Shown piece after piece: positions 55,401 through 64,000 of a stretch of 64,000 bases of DNA. Every line of letters starts with the position of its first letter. The first letter of the stretch is position 1. The DNA lies in NCBI RefSeq assembly GCF_037042905.1, contig NC_087249.1:40176001-40240000 (forward strand), given 5' to 3'. Source of the DNA: Lytechinus pictus. Lineage: Eukaryota. The translations under genes were made by a program, and so were the position numbers. Below the pieces are notes generated by a model. That model was given only the letters and a program-made list of their open reading frames with translations, did not search any database and was not told the DNA's origin.

Positions 55401-58079
55401 AGAGGTCTACATGTGCATGTATGCTAAATTAGGCCTTAAAAGTTTCTTTGAAAAACTACAAAGAATTGATTTTAATTCCAAACCATTTCAAATTACTTGG
55501 CCTAGTCGAAGAAATTTTTGGTCTAGATACCCAACCTGTCCGGACATGCAACTAGTGGTATGATAGGGGCACTTGTCCAATACTACAAGGTTGTGATAAC
55601 ATCCATGTGGTCTTAAACCACTTTTAAAAAATGCAGTGCTAAGCTAACACCACTTTTATCACAAGGTTGTGATAACCTTGTCCACAGTTAGTAACCTGTG
55701 TGGTGAACAAGATTGTCAACAAGATTGTCAATTTTCTCTTGATCTAGACTGGATGAATACTTGATATTTTGGAACAGTCAATTTTGACCATACAGTGAAT
55801 TCATCATCATAAAAAAATGCCTTGGCACAAAACTAAATTGAATTCTTGAAATTTATAATTTTTTTCTAATTAAAAAGAGATTAAAAAGAGAGTCTGTGGA
55901 GATGAAGATCTGCATCAGTCACAGAGGGCCTCACAAAAATATGCTCAAAATTAAAAGTTTTTGAGCGCTCTTGTGAATAAAAAAAAAGATTTCTAAGTCT
56001 AGAATGAAAACAAATAACTGAATGGATCTGTCTTTTTGAGTGTGCATTGTACATGAATGTTGCGTAGACAGAAAGAGTGGTTGGAGAGTGCAAGAGGATG
56101 GGGTGCTTCCACTCTTCCCGCAATTCAAGAAACTTTTACTTTTTCCAGGAAAGGTTCCAGAAATGAAAAAAATTCCAGGAAATTCAGGGAAATCCAAAAA
56201 TTACAAGGGGGGCCCCTTGAGAAGCAAAATTTAAAATTGTAATGTAGAAATGCAGAAGTGTGCCCCCCCCCCCCTTTGAACGTGAAGTCCCTTTTATTTT
56301 TGCATGTCAATTTTTTCCTCAGGAAAATGTGCCTCCCCTTTTGGAGAATCCTGGATCCGCCCATGATTACAATTAAATGACAATTTACCGTAGCAACTTT
56401 CAAATATTCATGTAATATTTTACAAAGATTTAGATCTAACATTAGATCTTCCTCCGGATCCAGACATAGGCTCCGTCGTCGGAGCTCAAAATTTTCTGCC
56501 CTCGTCATTTCGTAATTTTGTTCCTATTTTTCAAGAGGACATGACGAACAAAAATGTTTTATTTCTTGATTTTGGTCACTTCTTGGACCAAATTTAGGCT
56601 CACTGTATTAATTATTATTGCCAGATTTGAAAAATCAAAATGGAAAATTCCAGGAATTAATTGTCTATGAATTTCAGAAAATTTGGGATTCATTTTCAGG
56701 AAATTTGTTTTTAGACAAGACCAATATGGGGCGAACTTGAGTTCAAGGAGCATTTTGGGGTAAAAGTTGGGAACCGGTCTATTTCACCTAATATGAATGT
56801 GCTGAATCTGATAAGACCGGTTCCCAAGCCAATTTTTCATGTTTTGACCACCTAATTTGCATAAACAAAATGGCTGTCAAATTGACAATTTATAATCTTA
56901 TTTCTACAATATTCTTTTTTAATATTCGCTTTCACCGATATGGATACTGCAAAATCCTGCATACTTAACATGTACCATTCGGGAAAATTTGTTATTTCTG
57001 TTTGCGGCTAATTAATTATGCAAATTTATGCATATTTTGCAATACTATGCTATAATTTGATAATTACACCTAAAATGTTTATTATTTTGGGTACAAATAG
57101 CATTTCTATCATTATGATAATTGTTTGGCCCTTAAATATAATACTCAAGTCAATTTTTATATGTATTTTATTGTTCTTTGATATTTCTTTTGTGTTCTTG
57201 TATTTTCTGCCATTTGCTTTGTATATGTTTGATATGAGATCTTTAAAAAACTAATATCAATGGCAGACAAATATTAAGCTTCAATTATTGAATCATTTAA
57301 TAAACTTCTTTTGCCACAACTGTTAATTGTACTCAGAAACAAATATACACACATGCTTCCACACCCACACCTATATATAGAAAGTAATATACTTGCAAGG
57401 TATAGTAGACATGCCCAATATAAAAACATTGATGCTGATCCTATAATCATGACAATTACCAAATTCAATGAACCCGTAAGAAAAGAAAAGTTTAGAAGTT
57501 GGAAAACCTGTAATCATGCTGAACTTAAATTTCTTGAAATACATGTATATATATTAAAATGTTTTATAACAGATCAAATAATCAATTAAACGTATGATTT
57601 ACGCAGTGTAGTTTATCAATCGGATATAAGTATCAGTACATTGTTATTATCCTTGTAGCGAAATTATATCTTTGATTCAGCTCCATCAGAACTGCAATCA
57701 TGGCAGTTAACCAAAGAACAATTTGTAATATAAATGCAAAGGGTCTGTATTACTGGATCACTTACTAGTTTTTTTGGTCATTACCGATTTATTCATTTAT
57801 TTGGCAACGATACAACCATCAAAGTAATAACTGAAAACCACAGCTTTTATCCAATCCTTGCCTTGGAAGATTCTTTGACGAACGATACTGAATACAGAAA
57901 ATACAGGAAATTATAAAAACATGGGGCTAAACACAGATTAGCTCCATTGTTAAAACATGGGCAAAACAAGAAGGTTTCCAACCCAGTCACTGCCCAATGC
58001 AGAACAAATTTTCACAGTGTGTCCTATATGGTTAAAAAGTGCTAGAGATGCCTGTTGAAGATAAACCAGCATGGAGACA

Positions 58080-58790
58080 GTTGCAGAAGTCCAGTCTAGA
58101 GGTTATCCGGTCATGGATGATATTTTCTGCACCACCTCATGTAAGACAATGTCTGATCTCAGCAATTATGTGGAACAGGTAATATGCAGATTGGCAGACA
58201 TGTAATGTGTGTTTCTTCATGCTCATTGTTCTATCAAAGACTACGCCAAGAGATCTAGCCTTGCATACTGGAGATATATACCTTGCTCACCTATTAAGAC
58301 TTGAGTTGTAGTCATAATAATTACGCATATATGGAGATGACAGAACAAGATACTTCGCTTTTTATTGTTAAGCTCCAGGAAGTTGACCTTCATCCAACAT
58401 CGAATCCTCGATGGCAGCACCAGCGACAGCAGCTGCACGAACCTCTGTATCTTTACCTTTTGGATCAAAAGTGAGGTATACAGCTGGATGTCATCAGCAT
58501 AGAAGTGTATACCAAGACCATGTTGCCACAATACAGAGCCAAGAGGAGTGATGTACAGTTTGAAGAACAAGGGACAAGGACAGACTCCCAAGGAACTCCA
58601 TATCAAAGGGTAGTCACAGGAGACTGCATGCCAGTGATGAATACAGCTTCATACAGCTCTGTTGGCAAGGTAAGAGGAAACCTGCCATTGGAGTGCAGAA
58701 TCATCAATTCCAAAACAGACTGTCAGTCTCCCAAGAAGGATGACATGTTCACTGGTATCAAAACCTGTTGACAAGTCAAACATAACTTAG
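58080..58790 (-). mobile_element. degraded LINE reverse-transcriptase fragment
   Basis: [17 protein letters not shown]...[11 protein letters not shown]...[10 protein letters not shown] in broken frames. Confidence 0.75.
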
Positions 58791-59039
58791 GCAACTGCTT
58801 TCCTCATAGAAAGAGAAATCCTGGCTCTACAATCGAAGAAATTCTCGACCTAGACTCTGATGGTGATATCTCAGACTCGCATGCAGCCTATCACAGCTGG
58901 GTAAGCTATTGGATGCTGTTGGTTTTGGATTAATAATCACATACAGGAACGCCAAACATGCCAGGAACCCACCATCCTCTGAAAGATATCTTCGTTATCA
59001 ATTTGAAATAGTCTATCTTATGAAGATATGAAGATGTGT

Positions 59040-59480
59040 GAATATAGAAGTTCGATAAATGGCCTAGAAGACATTACACAATTCACTGCGGTATTGAAAA
59101 GGTGCACTGCGAGCATTTTAACACCTGAAACAAAATATGGTTAGACAGCAGATTCTCTCTCAAGACTATGGATCTGTGACACGAGAGTCGGACAAATCTC
59201 AAGAACACAAACACGATGACTTCGATACGAACTGCCTCCGCAGAATACTTGTACTAAATTGGTTTGATTTCAACAATTAGAGATGACTTTTATAATATGA
59301 GGCTGCCCTGTCAATCAAGCCATCCAATGGAACACCAAATCGATGTTAACTGACATCGATCTTTCAACACCCCGAAGGTAAAGGTGTATATCAAGCTGGG
59401 GGAAGCTGGATGCCTCTAAGTTGGATGAAGCAGCAATCCATGATAGGACAGGTGCAGTACTGCATTGAAAAAGATATATT
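59040..59480 (+). mobile_element. degraded RTE-like LINE fragment
   Basis: Residual FDTNCLRRIL-type peptide (ttcgatacgaactgcctccgcagaatactt) typical of post-RT LINE regions. Confidence 0.4.
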
Positions 59481-62400
59481 ATGGAGATGCACATGTAATC
59501 CGTTAATGAAGTCCAATGATAAAAAAAATATTAAAAGGATATGCAGTGACTTATTCGTTGTGGAACTTTAGAACATCACAGTCTGGCTTTTAAAACACGG
59601 AAAACTGTCTAATTGATAGGCAAAATGAGAAATTAGATGGATTATATGTGGGTTCAGTTCTGAGAATTTTTTTCAAAATTGGGACTATTTGACAAGCGTA
59701 ATGGAGAAAAACACAGGACATCTCATTTTCAGCAGACTGTTTTCACTTCATTTTGCTGAAGAAAAACACACTAAATATATATACATGTATGTGTGATCAG
59801 ATTCTGTTGGTCGGGAAAATAACTACTCCAAAGGATATTAAAAGCAACTGATTGACTATTAGGAGTTGAGAATTACAGTACTGTTATGATTCAAATTTAA
59901 TAATTCATCATCTAAAATTGTAAATATGAATGAATTGATTGATATTATAATTCAAGATACCATTTTATAACAAAAATATAAGCAATTAATAGTGACATTC
60001 GCTTGAAGGCAGATAGGTTCATGAAATTCGTTGGATCTCCACCAGTGTGCTTTTAAATGGGAAGGCCCTCCGTGCAGGAGTTTACCTTTGTATGCAGATG
60101 TGGGTGTGGGAGTGGGTGAATCTGTTTATGCCCATGGATATATATGCGAATAAATAAGTGATTACATAATTAAATCATTGATGGTAATTATTTTCTGCCA
60201 TTGATAATCAATAATTTGACAGATCCCATAACAAAACATGTAAAAAACAAAAGGTACAAAATACAAAGAAATACATAAGAAATTCAAAAACAATAAAATA
60301 CATTATTATTCACTGTGATATTATATTTTAAGGGCCGTACAATGATTCATAATGATGTAAATGCTATTTGTACCCAAAAAATAAACATTTGAGCTGAAAT
60401 TATCAAATTATAGCATAATGAACCAAAATATGCATAAATTTGCATAATTAATATACCGTAAACAAAAATAACAAGTTTTCCCGAAAGGTACACGTATGTA
60501 TGCAGGATTTTGCAGTATTCATGTTTGTGAAAGCGAATATAATTAAAGAACATTGTCGAAATAATATTCTGAATTGTCAATTTGGCAGCCATTTTGTTTA
60601 TGCAAATTAGGTGGTCAAAACATGAGAAATTAGCTTGGGAACCGATCTTATCAGATTCAGCATATTTGAATTGTGTGAAATAGTCCGGTTTCCAAATTTT
60701 ACCCCAAAATGCTTCTTACAGTTTATATAGGCCTCTTTTTCTAGAATGGGTCTAGTCTATTTGGATCTGTGGAACATCGATGAGGGGTTTGGTGTCCGGA
60801 CACTGAAAAATGAAGCCTTGTATTTGTAGAAGTTTAGGCTTGCTGTTGTTTATCTCACTTACTTTTTTTAATTTTTTTTTTATTTTATCTCACTTCTCAG
60901 CAAAATAAAGCAAAAAATATAGCTTGGATAATGCTTATCACCATCATTATTTGTTCTTTATAATATTTTCTTACATTCTGAGCTAAAAAAAAATCAAAGA
61001 CATTGCTTGTATTTTTTGTAAACTTTTCAAAATTAAAGGAGATGTCGTGAGTCCGGACCCAACCCGTCAGGAAACACAACCACAGCGTATATCGGGCTAC
61101 TGAGCCAGCCGCACTGCCGGCTACAGTTGCCAGTCCCATACCGTATCTTTACTGTCATGTTTACGCCTTGGAACTATTAAAAATTAGTAAAAAAGCATGT
61201 TAAAATTCAAAATTATTGCAAACCAATCATATCAAAATGAAGCACATAAAATTCTCTTTAAAAACTATCATTTTGTTTTTCTTAATAACAATTGTTATTA
61301 CCTGAAATTTGCTGTCGAAAAATCTCCCCCATTGACTTTGTACACAAACTTCGGTGAATTTGGAACTATTCAAAACCTCCATGAGCAAATGACGGCTACT
61401 TCCGGTGTCGCAACCTTGTTTATATAGCTATAGGGCCTTGCCTTTTAGACGCTGGAGGACGTTGGATCCCTTGGATCATTGTATTTGAAGCTGAACTCAC
61501 ACGGAATAGACAGGAACTAGGACATCACTCCAGGAAAATACTGGTTAGTGACTTATTCCTTATATTCTAGCTTCAGGTATCAACCTAGTGGTCAAGCTGG
61601 GGGCGCGACCGCTACAGTGGCGCTGCGAGCCTGACTGTGCCTGCTTTTGTGGGCATTTTAGGCCAATTTCTGAAAATTAAAATTGGGATATTGATTGATT
61701 GTCTCGCGGTGAGCAAGGCCCCCCGTATTCGCATCGGACGTGCATTTCCCTATGCCCCGCTGCGTGGGGGGAAACGGTCGCCGCTGGAGAGGGTAAAATC
61801 AGGGAGGAAATTGGGGTGATTTTGGTAGATAGGGTCCAGTTATTAGGGTCCTGTCGATTTATATATATATTCTGTGAATATCGGGGAAGGTGGTGTGTAT
61901 GTGTGTCCCGAGTTAGACTAGGTAAGTTTGACTTGGGACATTTTTTCGATAGTCGTCGCCTCTCTTTTTTGGAGGTTTCCGTCGCGGGGACTGATGGTAG
62001 TTCCGGTACCGTGACGGAAATTTCCACAAAGGAGAAGGAGAGCACATGTCGTGGAGTTGTGTGTTTGTTGTCGTTGTTTGCTATTTATTTCTGTTTCTTG
62101 TTGTGGCTGTGTGTTTTAAGTCAGTGTGATTGTAATTTTTACGTGTGTTTTTGGTTGTTTTGGTGATTTTGGTGTCGTTTTGTGAGTGATTTGTGATTGC
62201 ACTATTTGTGTTAGGGTGCAGGGTGCGGAAGGGTAAGGGTGGTACGGCTGGGCCGGAAGACGGCACGGAGCGGGATCCACGTAGCGGGGCTGCCGCGGAG
62301 GGATACGTTCCGACCTCACTGCTGGCACAGACGCCATCTTGTCCTCCATCGTTGAGCAATCGTCGACCAATTCATTTTTACGGACGAAAAAATTGATTTG

Positions 62401-62994
62401 AGAACCAATTTGAGCAGAGGAAGGTGTGGAAAGTACAGAAATAGGTAGGATTTTAATCATACTATTTTCCGATTAGTATATTTGTGGTGTAGTGGTTGTT
62501 TTAGCGTGTTGTTTTGCTCCTCGAAGTTGGGTTTATTGTTAGGCATATCTAGATTAGATCTAGAACACGGGCAGCCCCACTCGTTCACTTTCGAGTGGGG
62601 TAGGAAGTGTGTGTGTGGATATACGGTGTTGGGTGTTTGCGACGTAGGTGGCGTAGTGTGTGAACCCACCCACTCACTGTAGTGGGGAGTTCAGAAAAAA
62701 AAAAAAAAAAAATCAAAGAAAGAAAAAGAAAGATTATTTGAGAGAGAGTGTGGGGTGACTCGGTGTGCATGAAATATTTTGTGTGCTGAACTTGGACTTC
62801 AGTGTGATATCACTGATAGAACCAGCTTCGAGGATTACTAAAATAAATAGGTAAATTAATAAAAGACAAGTTAGGCTTAGAGTTTAATATAAATATTTTT
62901 AGAACTAAAATCATTCTTTTTGGCAGTGCTAGCGCAAACTATTAACAACAGCCGGACTAAACTAATCTAATTAATAATAAAAGCTAGACTTTTA

Positions 62995-63600
62995 TACCAT
63001 AAATTGGGTTCGCTTTTGGACCTAATTTTTTGGGATAGCTTTTTGGATAACTTTAGCAGGTTTTTTGGTCGGGCTAATTACTGTGCCTAACCATTAACTG
63101 TTAAAGGTATATTTTTGGACTTATACCGGTTTTATAATTTTAGTTGCTAAAAATAAAAGAATTGTTATAAAATAAATTGGGTCTGCATTTGGACCTAATT
63201 TTTTGGGATAGCTTTTTTGGATAACTTTAGCAGGTTTTGGTCGGGCTAATTACTGTGCCTAACCATTAACTGTTAAAGGTATATTTTTGGACTTATACCG
63301 GGTTTATAATTTTAGTTGCTAAAATTAAAAGAATTGTTATAAAATAAATTGGGTCTGCATTTGGACCTAATTTATTGGGACCACTTTGGGATAAATTTAA
63401 GTAGGTTTTTGGTCGGGCTTATTGTGCCTAACCATAAACTGATTGGGGTATATTTTTGGACCTTTTTTGTAATTTAGTTGCCAAAGGGAAATAAAAGAAA
63501 GAATTTAATAAGATTGGGTTAGATTGAGACCTAGTTTTAGAATAGCTTTTGGATAATTTCAACAGGGGTTTGGTTGGGCTCAGTATTGGGCCTAACTGAA
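62995..63600 (+). repeat. ~172-bp tandem repeat (~3.5 copies) in the retrotransposon leader
   Basis: taaattgggt...ttggacctaattt at 63000, 63173, 63345, with a degenerate copy at ~63508. Confidence 0.9.
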
Positions 63601-63636
63601 CCTTGCTAGGATAACACCAATTAGGGTAAACACAAC

Positions 63637-64000
63637 ATGGACGGGGAAGAGAAAATCCCCATTAATGTGTGCTCCTTTGAGGAGTTTAGGTCGCTAGGGC
63701 TAAGCTCAGCCCTAGCCGGGATAATTCAGGGGGTCAGACTGGACCATGGGGAGATAACCCCTGAGCTTTTTGAGAGCAGTCCAGTGCTGTGTAACAATCG
63801 AGAACTAGCCGCACGAGTGGACTTTTCGGGGGGCACCCAGGGGGGAGAATCTAGTATTTTCATTACTCCCAGGGGGCGCCCCACCATGAGCACCCCTCGC
63901 AGGGAACCCGACCAGAATGGGGCGGGGCCAGGGGGTGCTTACCCATATGATCATTATCCACCTCCTGCGGCAAGCCAGTCTAGTGGGTCCTGGGGCGCCA
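63637..64000 (+). CDS. start of probable gag-like ORF with an N-terminal helix-hairpin-helix-like segment (truncated by window end)
   Basis: acaacATGG context; open to the end: MDGEEKIPINVCSFEEFRSLGLSSALAGIIQGVRLDHGEITPELFESSPVLCNNRELAARVDFSGG...; lies downstream of the LTR and PBS. Confidence 0.65.
   Translation, partial: MDGEEKIPINVCSFEEFRSLGLSSALAGIIQGVRLDHGEITPELFESSPVLCNNRELAARVDFSGGTQGGESSIFITPRGRPTMSTPRREPDQNGAGPGGAYPYDHYPPPAASQSSGSWGA

Larger units (their letters stand above)
56712..60759. mobile_element. 4.0-kb Academ-like non-autonomous element nested in the P-like element
   Basis: Termini TAGACAAGACC / GGTCTAGTCTA, TTT on both sides, ~550-bp imperfect inverted arms (56712..~57280 vs ~60190..60759). 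Confidence 0.78.
52493..61440. mobile_element. 8.9-kb non-autonomous P-element-like transposon
   Basis: TIR CAAGGCCCTATA(gctata)TAAACAAGGTTGCGA at both ends; exact 8-bp TSD CCTTTTAG (52485-52492, 61441-61448). CANRG termini with an 8-bp TSD fit the P superfamily. No transposase recognised. Confidence 0.78.
47785..64000 (+). mobile_element. Gypsy-like LTR retrotransposon (5' LTR split in three by nested insertions), running off the window
   Basis: LTR pieces 47785-47816, 52456-52492 and 61449-61616 join to TGTAG...CTACA (~237 bp); PBS TGGCGCTGCGAGC (tRNA-Ser-type) at 61618-61630; long leader; ORF from 63637. Confidence 0.75.

Noticed and set aside
61637-62770. Several 60-155-aa overlapping ORFs
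   Set aside because: No recognisable domain; they lie in the GC/GT-rich retrotransposon leader where stop codons are naturally rare.

Overview
AT-rich, repeat-dense animal genomic DNA with spliceosomal introns. The repeat content looks like an invertebrate, possibly an echinoderm (inference, not verified). Host genes: (1) the 5' exons of a minus-strand gene starting with a PBZ (CCHH) zinc finger, possibly HPF1-like; (2) head-to-head with it, a complete 20-exon plus-strand kinesin gene (2605..29348, 715 aa) with a degenerate switch I and a shortened loop 11; (3) a complete 6-exon minus-strand 40S ribosomal protein S3a gene (45267..37012, 265 aa). The rest is mostly mobile DNA: many TIR MITEs with readable target-site duplications, tRNA-derived SINEs and LINE fragments. 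A young 4.3-kb non-autonomous LTR element has non-canonical CG...CG ends and a single ~800-aa ORF with a dead retropepsin-like domain. From 47.8 kb to the end, one Gypsy-like LTR is split by a 4.6-kb TA-flanked element and a 9-kb P-like element, which itself holds an Academ-like element and LINE scraps. The most unusual observation is a near-perfect inverted copy of the RPS3A stop codon/3'UTR inside RPS3A's own first intron. All coordinates were read by eye and no database searches were run.
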